Of a DNA stretch of 23,031 nt, positions 8,973-20,576 are shown one piece after another. Under the pieces are notes generated by a model. That model did no database searches and was not told the origin of the DNA. It saw nothing but the letters and a program-made list of their open reading frames with translations. The first letter of the stretch is position 1, and each line of letters starts with the position of its first letter. The DNA comes from Lophium mytilinum (taxonomy: Eukaryota), in assembly GCA_010093605.1 (NCBI GenBank), contig MU004186.1:823765-846795 (forward strand), written 5' to 3'. Made by a program: the position numbers and the translations under genes.

Positions 8973-10246
8973 TTTATATAACTATTTACCCACTTTATAA
9001 GCTTAGCTATAAGCTTAGCTATAAGGCTATACTTTAATATAGTTTAACTACTAAACTATCTATATAGCCTATATAGTACTATAGAATCTCTTTACTTTAC
9101 TAAAATATATATAGAGTGGAGATAGAATTTTCTTAGCTAGAATAGCGTGGAGCTTTATCTTAAGCTTAATCACTCTATAAATTTTAACTGCTCTCTCTAA
9201 GGGTATTCTATTCTTACTACTATAATACACGCATTATAACTTCTTTATTTCCACAGCTATTATATTAATTTATAGTATTCAAATTGCTTATTGCTCTATA
9301 AGAGCACGCCTCAGCGTAAAGTTACAGGTTAGTCAGGTGATAGAGGGGGGGCCAGGCCTCATGCTAAGGTAAGGAGCTTTAAGCAACATTGGAATTAACA
9401 GTTTCACTATATTCTCAGGCATTTAGTATAGTAGGTAGCAATATACTAGAGCATATAAGGCTGCAGGCGTGAAAGAGAATGTATAATAAATTGTGGAGGT
9501 TATATAGCCTCACGCACGTAAGAATAGAGCTCTAGGCGAAGCTCTAAGCCGTTCTGGCCAATTAGAAAATTAGATGAGAGAGAGGTGGGGAAGGAAAGGG
9601 GGTGTGTCTTCCTCAAAGGGGGTGTGTATTTATTTACTGGTCTCCTATCACTACTCTAAACCCGACTGGAGTAGTTGATTGAGACATTGGATGATATAGA
9701 GGGTCTGGGACTACTGAAAGTGGGTGTGTATGCACTGGATTTTATTGAAAACTATTGTACACAACACTGCCGGTAGGGCAAGGATCCTGAGGAGCTGAAC
9801 CGATGTATAATCCTACTCTCTAACTACATCTTTGCATCCTGTAATCCTCTGCACAACTATCAAGATTTCAGTGCCTGACCCCAAACTAACCATGAACGTC
9901 GTTGCCTATCCCAATAGGCCATCGCCGAAGGTCGCTTCAGAAGCAAGTGTTGGAAGTTCTTTTAGAGCTTGCTGGCTCAAACTCGATGACGAGGGTGCGT
10001 TTCCTACCATGCGTCGGATTTCGAGATCTCGGAATGCTAGTCGTTGCGTCCGCCAGTCGAACTCTTGGATATGTAGATTCATTACCAAAGATAGCAAAGG
10101 CGAAAATTCCGCATGAAAAAGCCTGGACTGGCATACAGGATCAGGTCGCAGAACACCCTGGCGATTGGCGCAACACTTCTGACAGTGTTCGAGATTCTTC
10201 AACTTGGATTCGATAGCGGAAGTTAAGATCCGCTTCCAGGCCGTTT

Positions 10247-10902
10247 TCATCCGTCCTTCGCAACATCGCAGGCAGCGACAAGTCGCTTGAGGGTGACAAG
10301 AACGTCGTGGCTGACATCTTCGCTGGCTCCTGGAGTCTTCGCGAATCGACCATATCGTAGATCGCTTAGATCCCCTATAGAGCTCTTGATCTCGGCCAGA
10401 AGAGCGTCTGATTCAGCCTCCATTGCCGCTATTTGGGCCTCAAGCTCTGTAGAAGCCCGCTCTAACTCAGGGACGACTGTTCGTATAGTGTGCGCGTCGC
10501 GGGGTGTATGATTCTGTGAGGGGCCGAAAAGCTACAGTAATATTGGTCAGCGTGGCCTCGTATTGTTTGGAGAGAGTCTATGGCAAAGCGAACCTCAGCT
10601 TCTCCGTGGATATCACGCCCACCAAGCTCTAGCAGGTCGAATTGATCGGCTTTCTGTCGCGAGTTGAAGGTCGCCCGCCTCTGCTTCTCCCCTCTCTTGA
10701 CCTCTGTAGCTATGTTGCGCTTCACATCGTCGGCATCAATGGCTCGTTGGTGCTGGAGTTCGCGGTAGAGCACTTTGATTTCAGGTTCGGATTGGAGCGC
10801 GCGGGGAAATAATTCGGTGAATTGGCGGAGCGTGATGAAGGCGGGCAATGGAGCGGGGGGCAGTAGAAAATTGCTGAGGATGGATGCTTCGGTGGGTGCC
10901 AT
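10247..10902 (-). CDS. cnl2: Cnl2/Nkp2 family kinetochore (inner centromere) protein, 2 exons (10902-10594, 10531-10247), ~197 aa
   Basis: N-terminus MAPTEASILSNFLLPPAPLP...LYRELQ. The spliced exon 2 gives LFGP...IGDLSDLRYGRF, the family's C-terminal signature. Intron GTTCGC...GCTGAC...TAG keeps the frame. Confidence 0.85.
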
Positions 10903-11029
10903 GGTAGCTGACGTGGGCGGATATAGTGGTGATCTGTGGTGGATTGTGGAAGTGTTGGAATTGGACTCGTAGTAAAGAGCTGTCGTGCTGGTCGGCTCAG
11001 ACTGCCTTCGCCGGAGTGAAAGCAGGGGG

Positions 11030-11042
11030 CGCGTCGACGCGT
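11030..11042. promoter_or_regulatory. MCB-like (ACGCGT) palindromic element in the cnl2/EAF3 bidirectional promoter
   Basis: Perfect palindrome CGCGTCGACGCG at 11030-11041 overlapping ACGCGT at 11037-11042, inside the 349-bp divergent intergenic region. Confidence 0.45.
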
Positions 11043-11251
11043 TTCGCAGGCGGCCAGAATTTCAGAACCCCAGATCCACCTGGACCACAGCAAGCAACGC
11101 CCATCTTTCGCCATCGCCGTCTTGAAAACCCTTACAAGCTCTCCCAACACCATTGTAGTTGGTTACGTTTCCGTTGCATCCTTAGTGGAGAGTCAGATCT
11201 CTGCGGTTGTGAAACTCATTTCTCACTCCTCCATCCTCGCAGCTTCACACC

Positions 11252-12608
11252 ATGGCGCCCTCATCAGAGCCAATGTACAAGAAGGACGAGAAGGCGCTCT
11301 GCTTCCACCATGAGCTTTTGTATGAAGCGAAAGTGCTGGACTCGAAGCTAGAGGATCCAGATGACAAGCGGAGTGCCTATCTTTACAAGGTGCACTACAA
11401 AGGCTGGAAGAACACGTGAGTCCCTCTCCCTCTTCCACTCTGGATATCTCGTATATTTTCTTTCCCGATTTGGCTATGAGTCGTTTACTCTAAATCCGAA
11501 TGCATCTCTTCTTGTCAGATACACCTCTGTCAGTTCTAGCCAACTGGCCTAGCCCAACCGTCATATTTCGTTCGGAATGCACAAATGCTTTGCCTCCCAG
11601 CGCCTTTTATAGCGCGATTGACCTTCTTTCTAGTTGGGATGACTGGGTCCCGGAAGACCGCCTTCGAAAGCTCTCTCCAGAAAACAAAGAGCTAGCGCAC
11701 AACTTGCGGCATGATATGCTACAAGCTCAGCGTAATCAGCGTAGCGTGCCAGCGTCCAGCAAGAAGAAGACGCAGAGCTCGACTCGTGGAAGCGAGGAGC
11801 GACAGACATCCGTCGCGGCAGGTCCGAGGGGACAGAAGAGGGGCAGAGACTATGAGATCGAAAAGGTCAGTCAAGATTACCAAAGCAGTCATCACCTAAC
11901 ACTTCATGTCAATTGAACGCCTTTTAATGCTCATCGGGGCTGCAATTTTGACGACATGCATTCTAATTCGAGTCCGCTCTAGGAGGAATCGTTCCAAAGT
12001 CGCCTGGCCGTACGAATCTACACGCCGGACAGACTCAAGAGCTTGTTGGTTGATGACTGGGAGAATGTTACCAAGAACCAGCAGCTAGTTCACCTTCCAT
12101 CGAAAAAGCCGGCATCGCTCATTCTCGACGAGTATTTTGAGTTCGAGAAGGCTAGAAGGCGAGCGGGAAGTGCTGAGTACGACATCCTCGAGGAAGTTGT
12201 CCAAGGATTGAAAGAGTACTTCAACAAGAGCCTGGGCAGGATCCTCCTTTACCGCTTTGAGCGTCAACAGTTCTTCGAGATTCACGAGCGGATGGAGACT
12301 CCCAACGACACCTTGTCAGGCCAACAGATTGTGGACGTCTATGGAGGAGAGCATCTTCTCAGGCTGTTTGGTATGTTTCTGGTTTCATATGCTATATCAC
12401 TACACTGCTGACCGCAGAACGTTCAGTCTCAATGCCGGAGCTTATTGCGCAAACAAACATGGATCACCAATCGGTCAACCGCCTTCGGGAGGAGCTCAGC
12501 AACATGCTGAACTGGTTCTCGAAAGAGGCAAACGTGAACACGTTTTTCACTGCAACTTACGAGAGTCCCGGACAGGAGTACGCCGACAAGAACCGTGGGG
12601 CCCACTAA
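11252..12608 (+). CDS. EAF3: Chromatin modification protein Eaf3 (chromo barrel + MRG domain; NuA4/Rpd3S subunit), 4 exons (11252-11415, 11634-11865, 11983-12370, 12427-12608)
   Basis: Chromo motif CFHHELLYEAKV...YKVHYKGWKNT|WDDWVPEDRLRK. MRG motifs LLVDDWENVTKNQQLV, LGRILLYRFERQQ and YGGEHLLRLF|VSMPELIAQTNMD. All introns are GT-AG and preserve the frame. Confidence 0.95.
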
Positions 12609-13585
12609 GTAGATGTGCATGCAGACGGTCGAACCATAGGACAAGATCGATGTCCGAGTCGATTTGGTTTACCTGTTCGACTGGCTAATGTACATCGCCG
12701 AGCGCTCTCCAATGGTTGTCCAGGTCCTATGGGTGCGTGCCCAGGTGGATGGCTCACGGGGTGCTCTGGCCAGCTGCGAGCGGGACCTCTTCCCATTGCA
12801 ATTTTGCTTAGCTCAGAAGAACACAGCATGGAAGGGCACGATTGCCGGACGCTGATGGTCTTTAAGTTCGGAGTTTATTGGCAGCTATTCGGGGTCCTTC
12901 GGCAAAGCCAGAGTACGGGGTTTACAGCTGCCCCGGAAGGGAGATGTAATTTTAGGAGGCCGTTAATTGTATTTTCGAAGCTGAGCAGTATCAAGGACTT
13001 TCATGATGTTCTGAGAACAGCAGCAACCGTGACTACCTTCACATTGCGTGACACGTAGTGATAGTGTTATGGAGACTTGGCTATTACTTGGCATGGTGTT
13101 CTTGTCTGGGCATATTCCGCCAAACTTTCTCCTTGTTGCGGAAAGCCGTTCTTATTGTTTGAGCGCAAGATTCGCCATCTACATTTTCTGTTATCTAGAT
13201 TGTATCGGCATAGTGATTCCGTGATATCAGAAGCAAAAGGACCTTTTCGACGCGCACGGCACCTGTGGCGTTTTCTTGACTCGCGCCGGCTTGCGCCAGA
13301 CGCTCACTATTCGTCGGTGCTTGGTGATAAGCTTGCCGTCCAATGCCCGAGCTGATGAGCCCCTGGGGGCCCTCGAGGCCGCCGATCCTCTGAGCGGTTT
13401 CGATCACCCGTGCGGGAGTGCTTTTTATCTCCCGCCCGCGAGAATGGGCAAACAACATTGAGCGCGCTCGTTCCCCACCAGACGCCGTGAGACCTCTATC
13501 ATGCTCTTCGTGAGTGGTCATCATCCGCCCTAGCTGAAAAGCAGTAGCCACGACGCGAAGCATCGGCCAGTCCCCTGGACTGAGG

Positions 13586-15194
13586 ATGCTGCCTTTGGTG
13601 GTGGAGGCCTGGGTCTGGTAAGAGCTCTGGCAACCTTGTCATTATCAAGATTTTTGACACCTATAGGTATGGAGTAGTTGTAGTGGTTGCGTTGGCCCGA
13701 TTCGTATCTCGCGGGCTGCTATTCGGCACGATCACGAAACTCCAAATCGATGACTGGGTTATGGCATTTACCTTGTGCTTATACACCGTGCTCGTTGTTT
13801 GCATCAACATCGTCGCTCATGCGAACTCCAATCTTTTGGTATGGACTCATGGGAGCTAATTGGATTTGCAACTATTCAGAAGCTCATGTTTGACAGCCAC
13901 CCGGATTCGATGTGAATCATCTTACTCCTCAAGACATCAGAGACCGTGAGTACGGGAGTAAGATGATTCTGGTTGTCGAGCAATGCCAAATATCTATTAT
14001 CTGTACGTACCGTGCCTAGGTTCTCTTGCTAGTATTGTTCCGAGAATACTGGTAAAACATGACTCCAACTGTGTTACAAGATCTCTCAAGTCGCGTTCAA
14101 GCCCCTTCTCCAGTGGCATTGATCATTCAGGCAGGCCGGAGAGGGGGTACTCGAGGAACACTGACACCAGAGGATCTAGTAGCTACCCTAATGACCTTCG
14201 ATGAGCATCTGCTAACATATGTGGGCAATTCAAGGGCTCTCAAAAGTGTGCTTACTGATAATGTACTATCGCCTTACATATAATCTTAAAGAGAATATCG
14301 TTATCAAATTCCTAGTGGTATATGTAGCTGCTAGCTTCTTGATTATGGAAATATGCTATCTGGCGGTCTGGTGCAGGTATGTAACCCTTGAGAGTGTTCT
14401 ACATATCACATACCAACCTCGAATTTCCAGGCCATTCAGTAATTATTGGGCGGTCCCCACACCAAACAGTAAGTATCATCGGGTACGCTTCTGTCTAGTC
14501 CGGAGCCTAATCTTGAATATGTAGTCCAGTGCAGCGCGGCAACCCATCATCTCATCATGAATGCTGTCTTCAACCTCTCTTCCGATCTTATGATGCTCGT
14601 GGTAGCTCTCCAAATGCTCATCCGAAGTCGTCTTCCCCTTCGGCGGAAAATCGTTCTGTCAGGTATCTTCGGGCTTGTACGTAGCCTTATAGCCCCCAAC
14701 TGCGACCGCAATTGACTAACATAAGCCGCAGGGAATCTTTGTTGTAGGTGACCTTGAAACTCCTGACGGCCCGCGACGCTTGTTCGTTGACAACGCTCAT
14801 GTGTTATTTAGATTCTAGCTGCTGTGTTGAACAAGTATTACTCGTTCACCCAACCTTTTGGAGGGCAATGGACCTATTGTATGAATCCCCAACGTGGTTC
14901 ATTCTCACAGCGACCCCACTTACAGTCCACTCAGGGTACGTTCGCGAATCGTCAACCGCTCTCCTGGTAGCAAATCTGCCGTTCTGCTGGACGTTGCTTC
15001 GACGTCTGTTCAATCTGCGTGCCTTCGACAGCGGCGGCGCCACTCGCTCTCAGCGAACTTTAGCAACGAGAGCGACAGGCCGGGTGGCTGATTTCGATCG
15101 AATGAGCCGGACTAGCGAGGGAAGCGCTCGAGGGGCGAACTCTGCTACTCTCACACAGGACACCGACAATAGCCTCCAGCCGTTGAATGCTTGA
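13586..15194 (+). CDS. Pth11-like (fungal rhodopsin-domain, non-CFEM) integral membrane protein, 9 exons (13586-13617, 13667-13838, 13897-14002, 14235-14376, 14431-14468, 14525-14676, 14732-14743, 14812-14878, 14935-15194)
   Basis: Spliced product reads MLPLVVEAWVWYG...LQIDDWVM...GSKMILVVEQ...WLSKVCLLIMYYRL...WCRPFSNYWAVP...QCS...FNLSSDLMML...LPLRRKIVLSGIFGLGIFVILAAVLNKYY...WYVRESSTALLVANLP. These are typical Pth11-like DDW, K..LL.Y.RL, C.P...W and N..SD motifs. Confidence 0.85.
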
Positions 15195-15534
15195 AAAAGC
15201 GTTGGCTGTAGGACTATAGAAACAGAGGAGGCACGCAGGAATATAGAGTCCAGGTCCGGGCTAGCAACATTTCGAAGACGACGAGACCAGGAAACGACTA
15301 CGCTGTAGAGAGAAGACCGCTGCGATGACCGACATGAACTAGGAAGTAGGCGATTGATTTCTATAGGATACCCTGACTTTAAGTAAATGTATGTACTTCT
15401 AGCCTCTATATACCTTCATCGTCGAATTGTGGCCGTTGAACAAGCAATTTCCGTGTGCGATCCTGCCATTACCTTTTCAGACCTTCTATTGGGAGAGAGT
15501 GCCTGACCAGTCATCAAGGCAGCATCGGAATTAT

Positions 15535-16384
15535 CTACTTTCTTCTGCTCATAGCGTCTTCGATTTTCTGAAGTGCCCACTCCAGACACTGCTCCATGCT
15601 CGCCTCTGCTTCCCTAGGCATGCCATGTATACCAGCACGTTTGCAAACATCCTCGTCCAGTTCTCCTTCCACATCGCCTTGCTGGAACAGAAAAGAGTGG
15701 TCTTTCACATAGTTCGGCCAGACAATCTGGTCCACATATCCGGGGGGATCTTCCCAGAATCCTTCTAGGGTAACATAGCCAGTCCGTGCCTCCCGTCGCG
15801 TCTTTGCTGTGCGGTACGACGTCCTTAGAAACAGCCGGACGTCGAAAAGGTCCCTTATGTCGGCCATTTCGTTAGAGAAAAGCAAGAAACCGTCAATGAT
15901 CGCGATGGGCATATTCCACGACTTCTCCGCGACAAGGGCCTGTACTCGTTGCTTCAGCTCTTCGATGAGCTCGGCAGGTACGCGATGCTCGCCCACGGCA
16001 TTTTGATCCTCTTTTGAGACTAATGTCGGCGGGGACGACCCGTGTTTCTTGATGTGCGAAAGAGCTTCACGAAAACCGTTAAGGTCTAGAGACTCAATGC
16101 AGTCCCAGTCTTGCACGCCTTCTCGAATGGGGATCTATTATTATCGTTAGCCCATTCTCCCTTCTTCTTTTTGAGGTATCCTACGTTTCTTTCCTCAAGA
16201 TAAAAATCATCAAGGTGCAGGATGAAACTTTGTGGCAATATATCTCGCAAAAGACGAGACAAAGTAGTCTTGCCTGACTAAGATTAGCACCTCTATCGGG
16301 CGGAGACAGTATGGAGTAAATAATACCGGATGAGCTGGGCCCGGAAATGCCCAATAGAAGGGCGGCCGCTGGAGCAGAAGCCAT
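15535..16384 (-). CDS. NRK1: Nicotinamide riboside kinase (uridine kinase-like P-loop), 3 exons (16384-16327, 16273-16185, 16134-15535)
   Basis: Spliced P-loop GISGPSSSGKTT, then LHLDDFY, DWDC, IIDGFLLF and RREARTGYVTLEGFWEDPPGYVDQIVWPNY. Canonical introns with CTAAT/CTAAC branch points. Confidence 0.9.
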
Positions 16385-16682
16385 CCCTATATGAGGCCGC
16401 TGCACGGCCAATTCTATCTCTCGGTGTTGTGGTTGCGAAGAATGACCATGGACATGGAGGCGGGAGTCACAGACAAGGGTCTCCACGTGGGGTTCTTGGC
16501 GGGTCGCTTTTTGGTGACTTCAATGAAGCTTCCTCGAAAGAAACACCAATATCGCACCACCACCACGCCGGTACACCTACATCCTCCCTCCTGCTCCACC
16601 GCCGCGACTTTTCAAGCACTGTTGCTGCACAAACTGACTGCGACGGTCTCCCTGGCGTCTTGCAGGCGCAGGGGGTGACAAC

Positions 16683-19023
16683 ATGGACCCCTCCCCCCTC
16701 ACACAGCAGGTAAGTCTGCAATTACACACTGCCTCCTCACTAGCAGAACGCTGACATACTCAAGGCTAGGCCCGAGTCTTTTCAACCACTCATTGTCCAG
16801 CTCTACGAAACGCTTTTCCGGGTTCGTTTATCACGATAATACTTGCACGAGTCAAGGGCTGAGTCGGGTCACAGGAGGATGAAGAATACGAGTCGTTCGA
16901 ACGATCGGGGTTCTGGGCAGAGTTCTTCCTACTGCGACCAGACCGGACCAGTCTGATGCGCATTCTTGGACATTTGAGCGGCGATGACCTTTTGCACATC
17001 CAAGTATGCTTGACGCTGTCCAGCTTGTCCCCATAATCAGCTAACAACAACCGCTTGGAGGGTCGCTCGCAGCAACTCTTCCTCAAGGCTATTGAATGCG
17101 TCAAGCGTAGCTCTTCGCCGTCCGACGAGATCGCTCTCGATGTAAGCTAGTCATATTTCCCAGCATACGAAGGCTAGCTACTCACAACGCAGACCTTGAT
17201 AGTCTTCCTAGGCGCTGTCCTCAGCAAGAAATATACGAATCCCAGCTCAGATATCATTTCGGTCCTAACTGGCTTGAACAACGCGGATACTGTCATGTCG
17301 GACTTTGTGGCGTCTTTGGACATAGTCATCCGTACTGGACGAACCAGTGAGTGCTCTGTAAATATTTTGCACGACGATTGCTTACTGCAACAGTGCAAGT
17401 ACGACAGAAGGCTGTCCTGGCTGCGCTGTCAATCACCGCCGGCGCGTACCAAACAGGGCTGATATCTTATTTCACGCATCGTGATCTCTTTCCCTCTCTA
17501 ATGAAGGTACGGAAGGTAGTCGCTTATATGGGCCTCTGCTGATTCATACAGTGTATCCAAGACTCTGATAGCAGTACTGAAGCGGTTGCCCCATTCTTTC
17601 TCCTAGGTCTCTTGGCCAATTACAACAAGTTCGAAATGCAAAACCCATATCGACTGCGGCTCGATGATTTCGTGAACGAGGCGACCATCCGTAAGATAGT
17701 GCTAGGGTTCGGCTCGACGTGTTGCCAGCTACGAGACAGTTACGTTGCGGTGCAGGAAGATCTACCCGAAGGATGGAATTTGGGCTCTACCCTGAATTAT
17801 ATCAGTCTTGGGTTGCTTGCTCCTGGGTCTCGGCCGACAACTCCTGTGCCGAATCCCGAGGAGGCCAAGTCTCTTTTCTCTAGTCTGTATGGTAGTCCTT
17901 GCGTATCGTTCGCCTTTCCTTACTAATTTGTCCTCCAGTCCGGGCCCGGAGGTGGGAGTCATTCTTGCTACATACGACTTTGTCAACGCAAACAAGGTTT
18001 TCTGCTTTACCTTGGTGACTCTTGACTGTCCCACAAAAGGGGATCCGTCGCCGCTTGCTTCATTCCTCTCCCTAACTTCTTACCTGTTTCAGCACGCCCA
18101 TCGATCTTTACGAGCTTCGTTGTATACCTACGTAAGCCTTTACATACTGCAGATTATCGTAGAGGATCAGGCCCTGGCCAAGCGAATGTGCAGCGAGGAC
18201 AGCAAGATGTCCGTACGGCTTTGTAGGCAGCGTCAACCTTATCTTCCTTTGGTCAAGGGAGATCGAGTCGCCACTTCATTCATTCTTGACATAATGGTTG
18301 ATGGTATCAATCACAACTTACGAAGGAGATTGGACGTCGAGTTCTACATGTTAGTGTTACACCCTTGACTTAACCGTGTCGTCGCTGATTACGCAGATTG
18401 TGCCTCGGCGTGATATTACGGATTATATCCTTCCTCAGTAGATCTAGACTTCGATTAGGTGCGCTTTTGTTTAAACAAGGACTACTGGGACTCGCTAACA
18501 GGGCCTAGCTTATCACTGGTCAGAGCTTTGGCGTACTCTCCTCTCCTTCGTCCGATTCTTGGTCACTTACGCCAATGATGTCAAATCTTTGCCGAGATGC
18601 TCACGGATGATAGACGACGTGGTGAACTTGATAGCCCTAAGTCTTTCTGCTGGAGAAGCTTTCCTGCCTGATCCAGCTTCCTATGATGATCTCTTCTACA
18701 AGCTGGTGGAGACAGGGGATATATTGACCAAGTTTCGAGACGCATTCGACTTGTCGAGCTCACATTCCATGGAAACACTAATTAATGTGTCCAAACACTA
18801 TTATACTCTTCTTGAAGGTGATAAAGGCAAGGCGAAGGGGAAGAATCTCAGCCCGAGGGAGGTTAGCAAGGTTATAAAGCAGGGATATGATACCCTTTCA
18901 ATTCAAATCAAGGAGGGGCTGGATTCCTGGGACAGGTTTCGAGAAGTAGATCACAGGAACGTGTTGAAAAGACTGTCTCGGGTTGCAGTAGAAGATGCGA
19001 GGAGCTTGATCGAGGAAAGATAG
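16683..19023 (+). CDS. Armadillo-like helical domain protein 3 (ARMH3 / DUF1741 / UPF0668) homolog, ~10 exons
   Basis: MDPSPLTQQ|ARPESFQPLIVQLYETLF...FWAEFFLLRP...LLANYNKFEMQNPY...RLCRQRQP.LP...DGINHNLRRRLDV...YHWSELWRTLLSFVRFL...FLPDPASYDDLFYKLVE...VIKQGYDTLSI. Internal exon boundaries are partly approximate. Confidence 0.88.
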
Positions 19024-19176
19024 CACAGTTGGCTATGACATGTTCAAATCGAATTTTAGCGCAGCCGAAAAATTTAAATGAAATTGAATGTGCAATGTGC
19101 AGCGGCCTTATAATTAGAAAAATATTAAAGTTGCGTATTAATTTTGCTCCTCTTCACTGTACATGCACTATATTTA

Positions 19177-19721
19177 GGCCAGTGCTAGGTGGCCGACCCC
19201 TTTTTACTATTTAGCCGATGCTGCATTACTATCTAGCCTACCTACCTCCCTGCGGACCTTTTACCGCGTTCTAATTAGCTTAGATAGCTTATAGGAAGGT
19301 CCGGCTATTTACTCTATATATATACTATAGCCTTTCTATTTTATCTATAGTCTTTCTATCTTAGTATAGCTATATTTATAGCTACCCGCCTACCTATCTA
19401 CCTATCTAGAAGAATGCCTAAACTATTAATTTTGCACCTAATAGAGGCCTTCTCTCTATTACTACTAGCCTATAAGCACCTATATAGAGTCCTTACTAAT
19501 AAAATCTTCTATATACTTATTAAACTTCTTATTAGCAGGCTTATAAGCTACTTTATAAGGCTATAGTAGGCCTCTACCCTTATAGTCTATACTCTAGAGG
19601 AGCCGGCCTAGTAAGCGAGCTAATTAAAATATAGTAAACGGTCCGTAAGGGGGTAGGTAGGCTAGATAGTAATACGGCATCGGCTAAATAGTAAAAAGAG
19701 GTTAGCTATCTAGCACCGGCC
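19177..19721. mobile_element. Non-autonomous DNA transposon (MITE-like, 545 bp), ~85-90-bp TIRs, GGCC...GGCC ends, 8-bp TSD; Mutator- or Merlin-like
   Basis: Left GGCCAGTGCTAGGTGGCCGACCCCTTTTTACTATTTAGCCGATGC...GGACC matches the reverse complement of the right end ...GCATCGGCTAAATAGTAAAAAGAGGTTAGCTATCTAGCACCGGCC. Exact TSD TATATTTA (19169-19176 / 19722-19729). Confidence 0.9.
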
Positions 19722-20576
19722 TATATTTAATATAAATTAACCCTTACCTTAACTACTCTATAGAACGTAATTTAGTTATAATACTAGCTAAATAAATCTA
19801 ATAGAAGTTTCTTACTCTATATTCTACTACTTGCTATAGTTATTTCTAGTATATAATAGAAACGCCTAATAGACTCTACCTAAGTACCTATTCTATCTCT
19901 ATACTATAGTAGACCCTCTCTAGACTCTTAAGCCTAAAGCTTATACTTTTATATAAGTAAACCTCCCGCCCTATAGGAGATATTTATTATATAAGACCTT
20001 ATATAAGAACTCTTATATATAGACTACCTTATCTTATTTTTATATTAGATATTACTTCTAGTTTAATATAGCTACTAGTATATATATCCTCTATTTTCTA
20101 TTAGGTTTTATAGCAGGATATAACTATTATAGGTATAGTGCCTAGCTTCTACTCTAAATCTAATAAGACTTCTTAAAATAGCAGTAGCTTAGTCTTTTAA
20201 TAGCTAATAAAGGGTATAGCTTCTATTAGAGTCTATGCAGCTATTCTATCTATAATAGAAGGTAAAATAATAGTATTATAGCTTGTTAGGTTAATATCCC
20301 CTTCTAAATATCTATATATATATAGTCGATTAAAGCTTCTATACCTCTTTCTTAATAGATATAATACCTATATTTTAGTATATATATAACCCTACTTTTA
20401 TTTATCTTCTATATATTAGTATATAGTATACTATATTAGCTAGAAAATTATATATATAAGAACACTAAGGTTACTTATAGAAAATACTATCTTTAAAATA
20501 ATACTAAATTATCTATTACTCTTTTTACTAGCTAAGCTAACCTCTTCTTTATACTATAAGAAAAGTCTACTACTAC

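Larger units (their letters stand above)
3670..9780. repeat. AT-rich RIP-degraded transposon block (nested LTRs, TIR element, degraded coding remnants)
   Basis: Abrupt loss of ORFs in the six-frame track, extreme TpA excess, TAA/TAG stops in all frames, and recognisable nested repeats. Edges are approximate and gradual on the right. Confidence 0.9.

Noticed and set aside
3670..9780. Starship or other giant cargo element; organellar insertion
   Set aside because: No tyrosine-recombinase captain and no mitochondrial genes were recognised. Composition is explained by RIP of nested repeats, and the flanking genes are mostly conserved housekeeping genes.
9832..10250. ORFs 9832..10116, 9902..10216 and 9906..10250
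   Set aside because: They fall in the probable cnl2 3' UTR, overlap each other on both strands, and show no family motifs.
12610..13563. Several 60-147 aa ORFs between EAF3 and the Pth11-like gene
   Set aside because: They are mutually overlapping, have atypical composition and no motifs, consistent with UTR/promoter sequence.
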